This document shows positions 37,511 to 50,945 of a stretch of 64,000 bases of DNA, piece by piece (position 1 is the stretch's first letter; each line of letters begins with the position of its first letter). Source of the stretch: Hydrolagus colliei (Eukaryota); NCBI GenBank assembly GCA_035084275.1, contig CM068746.1, positions 27,280,001-27,344,000 on the forward strand. The letters are read 5' to 3'. Under the pieces are notes generated by a model. That model made no database searches. It had not been told where the DNA came from and saw only the letters and a program-made list of their open reading frames with translations. Both the position numbers and the translations under genes were made by a program.

Positions 37511-38709
37511 TTTTTTAACCCCTGGCTCTGGGCCACCTTTTTGAAGCTCTAACAAAAGCCATTTTCATCTTGTATTTTCCAGGTATAATTGAACACTTGA
37601 CGCACTTTAGCAGCAGGGAATGGAAGACAGTTTGGTCAGTTGAAGAATGCTATCTATGATCTTGTCAATCAGTTAGCCAACCTCTTCTCCTCCACCCTGA
37701 AACCCTCCACATGCTTCATCTGTCACTGCTTAATGTAAGGAACATTGTGTCATTGGTAATGTTAAAATTCAACTCCTCCAGAAAAGACCAGTGCCTTGAA
37801 ATGCATCTCAGATTTAATTCACCTCTACATCAGTATTAACCAATCACCATGTATACATAGTGTATAAGTATTGGAATTGGTCACAGTTAATTGTGATTAG
37901 ATTTGTCCAAATCAAGTTAAGTATGCCATTTGAATAGGGCATATCAATACAAATCAACATAAAATTCCCAGGGGAGATCCACTTAGACAACTAAAACACT
38001 GGTGAGTGTTTCATATTTAATCATTTGATACTTTCTGCACAGGATATCTCTGCGAGGTCAGAGGTTAAGAGTTTCTATTGATTTTTATGTCTGGATTTAC
38101 TGTGAACATATAACCAGTAGCCAGAATCACGGCAATGTATTTGATTGCTGGTTGGTGAATACCAGGTTTGTCATCAAAGAATATATCTTGGTATTCTCTC
38201 ATCCCCTCCTCAAACAAGGTGCAAAACTTTACCTTGCATCCTCTTCACCTTTTCTGTGTCAATGAAAGCAGTTATCCACTGATCTTGTAGTGTTTCTAAT
38301 AAATCATTTTACAGTTAATAGGAACTTACAACTGAAGAGAAGGAAGTTTGAGCCCAAGAATCCAAAATGAAAGGTTTATGTTTTGCCACGATTCAGTCAT
38401 TCCACCTTTCAGTATAATCCTATAATGTGATTTGGGACATCCTGCTGATGGGAATGCACTATCCCAAATAAAAGGATTATTATTATTAATAAATATTTGT
38501 ATCCATTAGATTGAACTAAATATACCTTCCACAGTGAAGTAAGATTGCACAATCATAAGATTAATTTGGCTGAAGAAGTTCCTTCTGTCCACTTTATCAT
38601 ATTGATCTAAAATATTATAAAAGATGATGTGGGAAGTAGACTTTTATGCTTCAGAACAATGTTTTTGTTTGAGTGATTTTAATAACTACATTGGGGCTTT
38701 GAGCCCACT

Positions 38710-39232
38710 GTCTAAGCTGATGCTTCAGCGCAGAACTGGGGGTCTGCTGTATTGCTAGAGATTCCATTCTTCAGATGAGACAATAAACTGAGGTAAACCC
38801 TAAGTTGCTCATGGCACTTTTTGAAAAGAGAAAGGAGTTTCTCCTGGTATCCTGGCCCAAAATTCTCCATGTAAAATTCACTTCACGGCTGTAAGTGGGG
38901 CATTGTGGAGTCCCCTCGCTCAGTCGTTAGAGCACTTGCACATGAGAGACATGGGTTTGATTCCTGGCAGGACGAAATGTTGGGCGAGTGTCCTGACTCC
39001 ACTTGGCTCTGTTTACCTAGCAATAAGTAGGAACCCTGTTATTAGTCAATTGGCAGATTGCTTTTTCGGAGGAATAATAATTCCTTCAAAAAACAACTGC
39101 TCATAGGACTGTGCTGTGTACAGCTGCCACTTTTTGCCCACAAAAATATACAACCAATTTACTTCACAGTAAATTCAGTGAAGCACTTTGAGACATTTCG
39201 AAGACTATATCAAATGCAAGGATTATTACTAA
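38710..39232 (+). mobile_element. Deu-type SINE fragment followed by a tRNA-headed SINE (38907-39232)
   Basis: ggagtcccctcgctcagtcgttagagcac...ggtttgattcc head and atcaaatgcaaggattatt tail. Confidence 0.8.
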
Positions 39233-41030
39233 TAACAATAACAACAACAACTTGGATTTATATAGTGCCCTCCATACCAGATGGCGCCTCAAAGCGCTTC
39301 ATAATAACAGATCCTGGGGCAGAGCCAGGAGGAAGGGGTAAAAGGTGACCAAAAGTGTGGTCAAAAAGATCTTTAGCCAGGTCTTTAGCCATGACCTAAA
39401 AATGGGAAAAGTGGGGGCAAGGTGAAGGGAGTGAGGATTGGAGTTCCAGAGCCTCGGGGCATAGTGGCTGAAGGCATGGCCGCCAATGTGGAACAGAGGA
39501 TTCGGGGACAAGGAGGAGGCCAGACCCAGTCGAGCGAAGGCAATGGGGTGCTATTGTGAGGAGAGAGGGGGTCAGAGAGGTAGGGGGTTGCAGAGGAGTG
39601 GAAGGATTTGAAAACAAGAGTGAGCATGTTGAAATCGATCTGCTCCGAGACAGGGAGCCAGTGAAGTCGGGCAAAGACTGGGATAATTGGGGAGCGAAGT
39701 TTGATACGAGTGAGAATGCAGGCGGCAGAATTTTGGATAACCTGGATTTTGTGAACGGTGGCGGGGAGGGGTGTGGGGAGGGGGCCTGGCGAGGAGGGTA
39801 TTTGAATAGTCCAGCTGAACGATGACAAGTGTTTCAACAACAACAACAACAAAATTACATTTATAGAGCGCCTTTCACCTTGGGAGGTTGTCCCAAGGCA
39901 CTGAACAGTCAGGACGGGACCCGAGCAAGGGAGAGGGGTAGGGCAGGGGGGAGAGGCGGGAGAGAGTTACGAGGGGAGGGAGAGAGTTGGGAGGGCAGCA
40001 GAAGGCACAGTCGAAGAAGAGGCGGAGAGAGCGAGGCAAAGTGACTGTGGGATAGAGTTTCACAGTATCAGAGCAGAGAGCCTGAAAGCCCGTCCGCTGA
40101 TGGTAGAACACGGAGCAGGCCGGAGCCCACTGAATGGAGGGGCCAGGGAGGTATTTATAGTGGGACAACAGTTCAGAGAGGTGGTGGTGGTGGTGGTGGT
40201 GGGGGGGATGGTTTCAGCGGCTTTTGGGGTGAGATATTGGCGAAGACAGGCGATGCGTCGGAGATGGAAGAAAGCGATGCTGGTGAGGGACCAGATGTGG
40301 GGGAGGAAGGATAATTGGGGGTTGAAGGATAATTGGGGGTTGAACCTGACTCCTAAGTTGCTTACGGGTTCGGAGAGTTTTGGGGCAAGGTCGGGTAGGT
40401 GGAGGAGGTAAGAGTCATGGGATTGAAGACGTCAATGAGAGCCAAAGAGTATAGCTTCCGTCTTGTCAACATTGAGCTGAAGGAAATTCGTACTCATCCA
40501 ACTCTTGATGTCTGACAGGCAGGCTGACAGAACATCAGTGGACTGGGGGATCGCAAAGTGAGGTGGAAAAATGGAATTGGATGTCATCCACATACATGTG
40601 GAAGTGTGCCCCATGTTTACGGATGACATCCCCAAGAGGGAGCATGTAGATAAGGAAGAGAAGGGGGCCAAGGATGGATCCTTGGAGTACCCCGCAGGTA
40701 ACTGGGAGAAAGTGGGAGGAAAAGCCGTTTGTGGAGATGTATTTTTCGTGGTTTGTGAGGTAGGACTCAAACCAGGCGAGTGGGGTCCCATTGAGGTGGA
40801 TGACGGAGGACAGGTGGTAGAGGAGGATGGTGTGATCGACTGTGTCGAAAGCGGCAGAAAGGCCCAGGAGGACAAGGAGGCAGAGTGAGCCCTGGTCACA
40901 AAGAGAGGGTAACGTTTTTGACTTTCACAAGTGCAGTCTCTGTATTGTGGGCAGGGCAGAAACTGAACTGGATGGGTTCGAAAAGGGAATGGAGGGAGCG
41001 GTGTGCGCATTCGTTGGCAACAACGCGTTC
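39233..41030 (-). mobile_element. L2 LINE fragment with a second L2 3' piece nested at 39837-40210
   Basis: RT motifs (LSDIKSWMSTNFLQLNVDKTEAILFG; IQNSAACILT; LHWLPV), two separate (GTT)n tails at about 39235 and 39837, and gtttca duplicated at 39831-39836 and 40211-40216. Confidence 0.9.
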
Positions 41031-42100
41031 TAGTAATATATTGGTGTGTGCAAATTAGCTGCCGCATTTGACCAAACATGCAGTAAATATATAAAAAATA
41101 TACTTTGCAACCACAGCTTGCATTTATATATCACCTTTCATCTAGATAGTGTCTTGGAGCACTTTACAATCATTCCTGTGAAGCACTTTGAGACATGTTG
41201 ACTGTGTGATATCATGCTTTACCATTAGTTACAATTTGTCTGTTGCATTTTAAAAAACAGATATTTGTAAAAATGCAATGCGCACTTAAATATGTTTTTT
41301 TCCTCTCAACTTTTCATTTTATTTCACAATGATTGTTCTATTAACATTTCACCGTGTTAAAAGCAACCCACTACTGAAACAATATGTGATGCAAATAATG
41401 GTTGAATGGTTGAAAGACATTTTAAATTTCTGTAGTTCATAATACAGCTCTGTACTGAGTCTTGCCTTTCAGTGCAGATTTTACATTATTGCGCTGACAA
41501 GTAACCAAAAGCATATTGAAGGACAAAAGGCTTATTGTACTACAAAGGCAAGATTACGCATTTATTAAATCAAATCCAACATAATTACTAGTAGTAAAAT
41601 AGAACTGTTTTCAGAAAATGAAATCACCTTGGACCTGCCTAGATCAAAGAGATTGGTGAGTTTCTTCAAATGTGTCAGATTCCCTAAAAGGAATGACAAA
41701 TTAAACTGACTGACATATTGTAAAAATACTGAGTTTAAAATTAAAACATCTGGAATCATTTTCAAAACACTTTTGCCTCATCAGATACTTAGCATTTTTG
41801 GTGTGTGGATGTGTGTATATGTTGGTGGATCAGTGGTTTGAAGTATCTGTCTGGACACAATAAGTGAACGGGTGGATTGATGTGTGATGCATGGAATGCT
41901 AGGTCTGGAGCAAAACTGTTCTTGGTAAACTTTCAAAGAATTAAAGATTTTAGTGCTCCCTTGATGCAGTACTCTTTTTCTCTGTACATAGTTAGTGCAT
42001 TACCTCCTAGATGCTAAAGAACAACCACAAGTAGTTCGAGCATTGTCTTGTAAGCTAGAGTCAGGAAAGTGATGCAGGAATATATGTGTCGCACGTAAGG

Positions 42101-42402
42101 AATAATAATAATCATTCTTGCATTTGATATACAGTAGCGCCTTCTAGATGTCTCAAAGCGCTTCACAGGATATCTTGTACAGTGAATTGACTATAATTGT
42201 GGGAGAAACGCGGCAGCCAATTGTGCACAGTGGTGTTCCACAAACATTGTGGATTGAGTGACCAAATTATTATTGTTTTTTGTGAGGGATTATTATTAGG
42301 TATATGGAGTAAGGAAACTTGCCCAAGGTTTCGCCTTGCTGGGAATCAAACCCAGGTCTTTCGCTTGTGAGGCAAGTGCTCTAATCATTGAGCTACAGGA
42401 CT
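42101..42402 (-). mobile_element. Full-length tRNA-headed SINE
   Basis: Collinear with 16574-16882, including the A and B boxes and the tail. Confidence 0.92.
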
Positions 42403-42639
42403 ACAGGAAGGAAATTATTTAATATTGCTTTGTCAATATTTTACAAAAGCAAAACTTATGCTCTTCTCACCCTCCAAACGCCAGCTCCTCACAGTAATGT
42501 TACATTTAAACAATTGCCATAATTTTAAAACTGAAAGTGAAATAAAGACTGGCGTTATTTAATCTACAGTTTGAGCCAAATTACCAAATTCAAACACAAA
42601 GTTGCATTTGTGTTAATAATGAAATGTGTTACTAATGAA

Positions 42640-42965
42640 AATAATCCTTTCATTCGATATTCTTTATCATGCCAAGATGTTTTAAAGTACTTCGGAGGAA
42701 TAACTGCAAATTTAGTGACTACATTTTATGGGCGAATCCATTAGCCAATTTCTACACAACAATGTCCCACAAACAGCCATGAGTGACTGACCAATTTATC
42801 AAGAAGATTGTTGGCCAGGATGCCGGGAGAAATTATGGGAACTTTTACAGTCCACCTGAACAGGCAGATGGGACCTTAATGTTTCATCTGAAGGATGGCA
42901 CATTATTGGCAATGCAGTGTTCCTCAAGCATTCTGTTGACATATCAGCCTAGACTATGAGCTATG
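42640..42965 (-). mobile_element. Deu-domain-type SINE
   Basis: gattgttggccaggatgccgggagaaa...gtccacctgaacaggcagatggg...catctgaaggatggcac core. Confidence 0.72.
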
Positions 42966-43929
42966 AATCCCAATGTGTTGCAGATACGGTTGATAATGTT
43001 AGCATTAATAATTCTTGCATTTGATATAGTACGTTTCATATCAGGTTGATGTCTCAAAGCACTTCATATGATTTGCTGTAAAGTGTATAGGTGGGAACCT
43101 GGACGGTGGTTAATTGGTGGATCGCTTTTCCGGGGATAATGATCCCATCCAAAACAAAATGGCAATAATAATTTGGTCATTCAACAACGTTCTGACAAAC
43201 AGGAATTAAGTGAATGACCAATTGTATTTACCTACATGTTGCAGTTTATCACTGTAGTTTGTACAGAGCAGTGCACAAGGCCCTCTCGGCATCAGCCCTC
43301 TCTGGAATATTCTGACCACTGATGTGCTGCACATGTCCATGATTGCAACACTCATAAAAAAAATTAAATATTTATATTATGCTTCACCTTTTTTCAAACC
43401 CTTTTTAATATATTGCTTCCTCAAGCAACTTCACAAAAAGCATCTCTATTTTGGGAGCATTGAATAAGATGTGTGTTTATCAGGGGGTTTGTAGCATACT
43501 GGGCTACTTTGATATCAGCTGATGGTAAGGATGTAAAATGCCCTGTGTTGCACTAAGTTCTAGATAACCACGTAGCTTGGAGTTCATTATTAGCTACTGA
43601 TGCTTGTGCTTGTGAATGGAATACATTGGCACCAAGGAAGATGAGAGTTTAGAAGAAGGGGAACTGAAATTCCCATGACAAAGATTTAGCGATGAAAAAT
43701 TGATTGAGATGCATAAGAATGTTAACCTCGGTTCACTATCCCATGTGTGTGGATGTCAAAAACCATCATCTACTACTATGGAAAAGCTGATCATTTCTTT
43801 GACATGGTTGGTATTGTCGTCATTGGTCTTGCGCTGCCTTACAGCTGCAGATTCTGAGCAGTGAAGCTGCAATGTTGTTTGACTAGCTGGATCACATAGA
43901 GGTGTTTGGTGCTCCGGCACAGATACATA

Positions 43930-44068
43930 CATGCTGTGCGCAATTGGCTGCCGCGTTTCACCCACAAAATATACGGTCAATTCACTTTACAGTATATTCT
44001 GTGAAGTGCCTTGAGACGTCTTGAAGATGGGATAAAGCGCTATATCAAATGAAAGGATTACTATATAA
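43930..44068 (+). mobile_element. SINE 3' half
   Basis: tgctgtgcgcaattggctgccgcgtttcacccacaaaatatacggtcaattcactttacag..., near consensus. Confidence 0.85.
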
Positions 44069-45184
44069 TTATTTGGCCTAACCAGTATGCGCCACTGTTT
44101 ATTCTTCATACAAGCCCCCAACCCTATTGTTCCCCACTCTTATGCTCCTCTTACTCCCTTCCTGTTCTTATACACCCCATCAATCTCCTCACCACTCTTA
44201 TAACAATAAAAATTAATAATACCCCTTACAATTAAAGTAGCACCTCGTCAGGTATTTGAAACATTCAAAACCGCTTTACAAGAATTACTATAAAGTGCGG
44301 TAATTGTCTACATTGAAGGTGAATGAAGCAGCCAATTTGCACAGAGCGGTAGCCCACGAACAGCCACAAAGTGAATAATCATTTTTATCTGGGGAATTGT
44401 TGGCCAGGCCACTGGGAGAAACAACAATTTAGATGTGGGAAATTTTCCTAACATTGATTGCTTTCCAGTGATATTGGCCAGAATGATGTTGAGGTATCCT
44501 TGGCATTATTTGGTATTAGAGCTTTAGCCACAACCTGTTAAAAAGCACTCATTTACTGAATTCTTCAGCATTTCCACTCTCCGATTCCTTAATCAACATT
44601 GCTCTCTGATGTGAGGTTCATAGACTCGCATGCAGCGTGGGCGGGAATGACAGACTGAATGATTTTCTATGTGCGATTCTTGGCTGCTTTTAATTAGAAG
44701 CCTGGACTCAGGCCTGGAATCAGAGTGGAAATGTTGATGTATAAGGCCCCCAGCACCTCTCTGGGGAGGATGTATATGTGTATGTGTGGGGGTGGGGGGG
44801 GGTTGGGGGGGGGAGGGAGTGCGGGAGGAGTGGGGTAATTCTGCTCTGGGTACTTAATGGAGTAAAGGAGGTGCCAAAGGTAAGTGCAATTTTCTAGTTG
44901 TGAGATGCTTAGCAAATTTGTCCCTGTGAAAGTTCCTACAATGCTATTTTACTTCAGAAATTACTGTCATGCTTGTATTGTATGATTATTTCTCATTTAA
45001 AATTGCAATGCATCATATTTTTAAGGGCACAGGTACAATTTATATAGCTTTACCAAACAACACAGACTTTCACTTTGTTTACATCTAGGGATTCACCATA
45101 TTGAAGACAAGGAACAGAGTTACTACATGAAACAATTCATGTTTATGCAATGTATTTCATAGGAAGAATGAAGAATTCTTAAAA

Positions 45185-45490
45185 TGCTTGACACTCCAGG
45201 GTAGGCACCTGAGCTGGGAATGAGAGACAAAGGAGATGGGATAAAATGACCAAAAGTGCAGTCAAAGAGGTATATTTTGAAACAGACCTGAAAAGGTCAG
45301 GGGGAGAGCAAATGAGTTGGAGGGACTCAGGAATTGGAATTCTAGAAAATGGGAAAAGCCTGCTTGCTGACGGTTGGAGTGGTGGAGGGCGGGCGGCACG
45401 AAGCAGGCCGGTGCTCACTGAGCGAAGAGATAAGGTTGAAGGAGGTCATTAAGGCGGAGTATGGCAAGACATATCTTGAACTCAATCTGC
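45185..45490 (-). mobile_element. L2 LINE 3' fragment (degraded)
   Basis: Similar to the L2 C-terminal/3' region, e.g. gaccaaaagtgcagtcaaagagg compared with about 39345-39370. Confidence 0.6.
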
Positions 45491-48329
45491 TGGGAGAAGC
45501 TCTGAACGATCATGGTCTGCACCACCTGGCCTCTACTTCGACCCTGACTAGCACTGTCAATAATAAATGTAATGCTTAAATAAATATCAAGTATATGATC
45601 TAGATTTTCATTTCATGACTGTATCCATGGCCACATTGCTAATTACCATTGTACAGTAGTTACAGTGGAGATTCAAGGCTACATCACGGATTGTGTGTGA
45701 ATGTCTGTCGGCAGTGGTATGCACACTTCCAAAGGAAATGTCAGGCTCCATTCGGTGTGAAGTGAACTCTGCAAGTTTCACGTTGCAGGAAGACTTTGAA
45801 AATATTTGATCTAACATATCGAGACTTTAGAAGGTCATTTTTTTCCCTCTCTTTCTTATTATGTAACTGTGGCGACATGCAAGGTCTTTATTCTTAAACT
45901 TTAAGTGATGAAACTATTGTTGTTTGACGGTTACAAATGTTCGCAGAGTAGCTTCACGTTTGTTTGGTGCAGAGCATTCCTAAAATGCCCTGAATTCAAA
46001 GGTGCTTTGCCTTTACAGTCCCAGGGGATGATGCTACCTTCACTTTGTTAAAGATGCAGCTGTTGTACCACGGTAAAGAATGAGCACATCGAAACCATAC
46101 GAAATCTCTCTTTCACGATAGGAATAAAAGAATCGTTACCACAACAACCCGAGCATAGAAACTCTCGTGAGAGTTCTTTCGGCCGTAAGAGGTTATCACA
46201 CCGTGGGTGTGGATCACAGCTCACTTATTGAAAAGAAAGGTGGGGGAGAATCCAAATAACTGAACTGCAGGGCAAGGCTATCCGCCAGGAGCCCTGTCAG
46301 AGCATTAATAATGTGAACAGCGCTAACATTCCAGGTGTTCAAGCAAATAAATGAATGTAAATTGAAAACTGTTGGGACTCGAAGAGAAATTTGAAAACAT
46401 ATATTTTTTGTAATCCTACCCAGTTGTCTTCATACAGTCTTTGGATGTTTCGGACATGGAATATGTCTATTTCAGTCTATGAGTGCAGTGCTCAGTACAG
46501 GGTCCTCCCCAGTTACTTTTTTTTACCATTTGTAAACCCTAGATAAATACTCTCAGGCATCTGGTGGGCCCCACAAATTGCACACACCTGCCTTAAAAGG
46601 CTTCCAGGTGTTATGGTTGGTGTCTTTGTGCATTGTGTGTAAACTTAACAGTGAGTCTTGGAAAAAAAGCATAATTTTATCAAAATTACATTACATGATA
46701 CAAGAGCGATTATCTGACAAACCAGCTCGTCACATACAACAAGGTTCATTCCAATATGTGCAGATGTTCCATTTAGAGTCTTAGTTTCCACAAGCATTTT
46801 AGCCAGCAGTGGCGTACAGTGTGAGCTCATCACTGGATTGAACATTGTTGTTCATCTACCCAAAGCAGCAAGCAGTCGAGGCTATCAATCTCCCTAAATA
46901 CAAAAATTAGGTACTCACTTCATAGCTGTTGTGCAAATTGACTGCTGCATTCACCTACACTAAACTTCATAGTAAATCCCCGTGAACCGCTTTGAAATGT
47001 CTCGATGACACAATGAGGTGTTATATGAAATGCAATAATTATTATTATTGTTATATTATTATAAATTGCTCTCAAACCTGATGAGGAATCTAAGATTTTT
47101 TTTAAAAAAAGTAACAAATTAATGTCAGAAATCGGATATTCATAGATTGCCATATGCGTTCAGAAATACGTTGCTCAGGCCATGAATTTCCTCTTCAAAC
47201 GTGCCTTCTGGTGGAATTTTGGCTTAACCAGGGACCACAAAAAATTCTTAGGATTTGTATGCTTTCTACAGGGCTGACATATTTTGTGGACTGAAATTAA
47301 TCAGGACTTTTGCCCTCAGTGGCATCACTGTGCAGTAAATGCACTAAAGCCACACTATGAGTATTGTTTCTTACTTAAAACCACTAATGTCACTTTCTAT
47401 ATCAGTTCAGGACCTAGTGTAATCCAATGCTGTAAAACCATTGCAGTGGGAGCAGTAAGGCCCTGTTTGCTCTTAAATAAGAATCTGCTTCCCTCATTTC
47501 CACCTGCAGGTTTGGTAAATATTCTCACTCATTGCTATGGTCCAGTAAGAATTGGTTGCTGCCCATGACAGCTGCTTTAATTTATAGTTGTGGCTTAGTC
47601 TGCTCTGTTTTCTTAACTGTTGACAAGAATGTCAATGGAAAAATTTAGTCAGCTACATGGTCAAACACAGTTACTTGTTTACTGAGCAGGAAAGAAGTGC
47701 GTACAATTTGGATTCACATATAATCACAATTATTTAAAACAAAGATAAATCCATTATCACAATGATTTGATAATTTAAAGCAAATAAATAGAATTTCAAT
47801 TAACAATTATTTCTCAGGTTAACTTTGTCGATATTTTGTGATTTTGACTTGCCAGTCTATTCAGCAGGAAAACTTCTCATGTTTGACTTATTCTAGCAGT
47901 TTATGGATTTTTTCCAAACCAAGTTGGCTGTAAACACACTTGTGCAAATATTATACATATATACAAATATATAAATATAATGTATAAATATTTATAAATG
48001 TATAAATATCATGTATCGTTCTCAAAAATACAGTAGTTTTCCTAATACAGTAGTTTGCAATGCTGCATGAGGACCTGAGCTGGGGTTGGAAGTCGAGAGG
48101 GGGCAGGAAGAGAAAGATGACTGAAACTGCTGTCAAGGAAATGTGTTTTGAGACATGTCTTGAAAACGGAGAGGAGGAAATCGGATCCAAAAATATTTGA
48201 TATAGTGGAGCAGGGCTTAATTGCCAAGAGGAGCAAACAGAATAAAAGTTATAAAATACCTAGATACAGTACTTTGATACTTTTATTCAGAATATATACG
48301 TATAAATGACTCGGAAGAGATAATTTCTC

Positions 48330-48560
48330 ATAATGTGGCATTGGCTAGTGATACCAAGCTATGTGACTAGGGCGAATAATCCAAGGAGGATAAATAGGAT
48401 TCAAGACGATCTGGACCAATTTAAGCAGATGGGCCAAGGAGTAGCAGATGGATTTTAATGTTGACAAATGCAAGGTAATGCTTACTGGAACAGAGAACAG
48501 TAAACAGGTGCACAGATTGAAGGCTTATTCATTAGCAGAAGTTGCAAAAGAAAATTATAA
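48330..48560 (+). mobile_element. CR1 LINE RT fragment
   Basis: Encodes DTKL...IQDDLDQ...WAKE*QMDFNVDKCKVM. Confidence 0.8.
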
Positions 48561-48589
48561 ATTGTTCACTGAGGGTTTCCAGTTAATGT

Positions 48590-48900
48590 GAAGATGCTGT
48601 CATCTTGATGATACTAATCCAATGCCTTCCTCAACTGTCTCCCCATCTCCACTATCCACAAACTCCAACAAAATCAGAACTGTCTTTATATACTCACCTG
48701 CTCTAAACTCCATAGTCTCATCACACCAGTCATGGCTAGGCTCCACTGATTCCCTATCACAGCACGGATCATCTTCAAGATTCTCACGCTCATCTACAAA
48801 TCTGTTCACACCCTGGCACTTCCCTATTTCCTGCTTACTGCCCACTCCAGCACTGGCCATCTCCGCTTGGCTGACTCTGGCCTCCTACTTGCCCCTCCTC
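48590..48900 (+). mobile_element. L2 LINE fragment (degraded)
   Basis: ggctccactgattccctatcacagcacggatcatcttcaagattctcacgctc corresponds to LHWLP...RIxFKILTL. Confidence 0.65.
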
Positions 48901-49199
48901 CTCATTTAAAAAGCAATTTGATGCTGTATTGGGGTGACGGTAGGGTGGATGTTCTGGAAGTTTGAAACTGGATGGACCAAAGGGCCTTTTATATCCGTGT
49001 GAATTAGCAGAATATACTTGCGTTTCAGGTGTGAGTGAGTTATTCGATGGATAAGAGGGTGCTAGGAGTTCACAGTCTGATGTAAACTATTCATCTTACC
49101 ACAATGGGTATGCAGATCTTGAGAACCTGAAGTGGAATGGCAATTAAATCCAGAAGGAAGGTGAAATAAGTTTAGTTCAGTTTAAAGCATTCTTGCTTC

Positions 49200-49570
49200 T
49201 GGGTAAGAAGGTTGTCAGAATTTGAACTCACAGCCTAGACTGACCCACAATTGCAAGAGAGCATTTCATTGTTAGATGTGCCATCTTTCAGATGTGAGAT
49301 TAAACAGGGGTCTCATCTGTCTGTTTCCAGGCAGATGTCAAAGATCCCATAACACCACTCGAAAAGAGGAATGAGTTTCTCCCAGTGGTGCTCTGGCCAA
49401 CAATCCTTCAGATAAATTGCTCATTTGCCTCATTCATGGCTATTTATGGGATATTGCTAGTGCCAATGAATGCCCTATTCGCTTATAGAAAACATCACTG
49501 TACTGGACAGTAATTACCGTGAAATGTTTTGAGATATTTTGACGTGTAAGGCACTGTAAAAGTTTGTCTT
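49200..49570 (+). mobile_element. Deu-domain-type SINE
   Basis: gatgtgccatctttcagatgtgagattaaacagggg...aaaagatcccataacacc core plus tail. Confidence 0.72.
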
Positions 49571-49675
49571 ATTGCTGATCGCTAATGCTGTGTTACATGT
49601 ACATGAAAGCTATTGTTCTGGGGTATATAATGTATAAAATAATTATCCTGTGGTTGGTAAAGTGTATCAGTCACA

Positions 49676-49991
49676 TTAATAATAATCGTTGCAATTGATA
49701 CAGCACTTTTCATGTTTTCTAGACGTCTCCAAGCGCTTCATATAATATACTGTAAAGTGAATTGACTGTATTTTTCTGGATTAAAATGCAGCAGCCTATT
49801 GGACACAGCGGTGTCCACAAACAGTCGTGGATTGAAATGACCAATTTCTTTTTTTTTAGGGATTATTATTAGGCTTGTTGGAGTAAGGGACTTGCCCAAA
49901 GTTTTGCGCTTCCTGGAATCGAACCCAAGTCTCTTGCTTGTGCCCCGAATGTGAAAGGTGCTCTACAAATGTAATTTTGTTGTTGTTGTTG
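49676..49991 (-). mobile_element. tRNA-headed SINE whose head abuts a plus-strand L2 tail (about 49943-49991)
   Basis: SINE tail, body and B box on the minus strand, then gtgaaaggtgctctacaaatgtaattttgttgttgttgtt. Confidence 0.85.
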
Positions 49992-50619
49992 AGTTGCAAG
50001 ACTCCACAATGCCCAAAAAGCAAGAGCAGGGATACTGAGGAGTGATTATCTGATAGTAATCTGATGACAATCTATTCACTACCATCATAAAAATATGAAG
50101 TTTAGAGCTGTTAGTTATGAGGGTGACTTAAAATAAACACAGCGCTTGGGTGTTTTTGTTTTAATCCAGCATGTGCTGTTAACTTCTCAATTCTTGTCCA
50201 CCCACATGAAGAGCTTTAAGATGTCCTCCCGATCTGAAAGGCTCTATCAAATGTATGGATTATTATATTAAGTGTTTGTGTCTTTTTGCTGACAGGTATA
50301 GATTGGGAGAAACTCCCTTCTCTTTTTTCCATCTTGCTGCTACGTTAGAATTTTACCCCGAAGGATCAACATAATCACTACAAATTAGAAAGAAATAATT
50401 AGCTGTTGACTGTGAGGAAACAGCACTGGTGCCAATATGTACAGTGTTAATGTAATGCTCAGTCTCAGATAGCCACCGAAATCAGAGGCATACGCATGTA
50501 AATAATTATTTGGTTAAACTGAAAGGACTTTTCTGCCTTACTGAACATGCAAACTATGCGCAAAGCATTTTCAGGATGAATGTTCCTTCCCTTGTTTGAG
50601 AGAGGCTCTACCATGTGAC

Positions 50620-50945
50620 TTCAAGCTTGAGTCTAGGCTGATGCTCCAATACAGTGCTGGGAGAGGTGCCAATTTGTGCACAGCAATGCCTCACAAAAGC
50701 CATGAAGTGAATGATTAATTTTATCTGGGGGATTGTTATCTGGGAGAAACTTCCCTCTCTTTTCAAATAGTGTGTTGGGATCTTTAATGTCCACCTGAAC
50801 AGGCAGGCAGGTCCTCCACCAATGCAATGTCCTTCTCCCCCCACTACACTCTGAATAAACTCTTAAATCTCAACCGTGAGCCTTGGAAATTGCAGCCTTC
50901 TGACTCAGAGGCAGGCGAGTGAGTATGCTGCCAACTGAGTCGGGC
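50620..50945 (-). mobile_element. Deu-domain-type SINE (rearranged)
   Basis: Core gggatctttaatgtccacctgaacaggcag and head tgctgccaactgag. Confidence 0.65.

Noticed and set aside
38040-38310. Minus-strand peptide-like run (LETLQDQWITAF...GKVLHLV)
   Set aside because: Interrupted by stops with no clear acceptor; more likely a very old LINE remnant than an exon.
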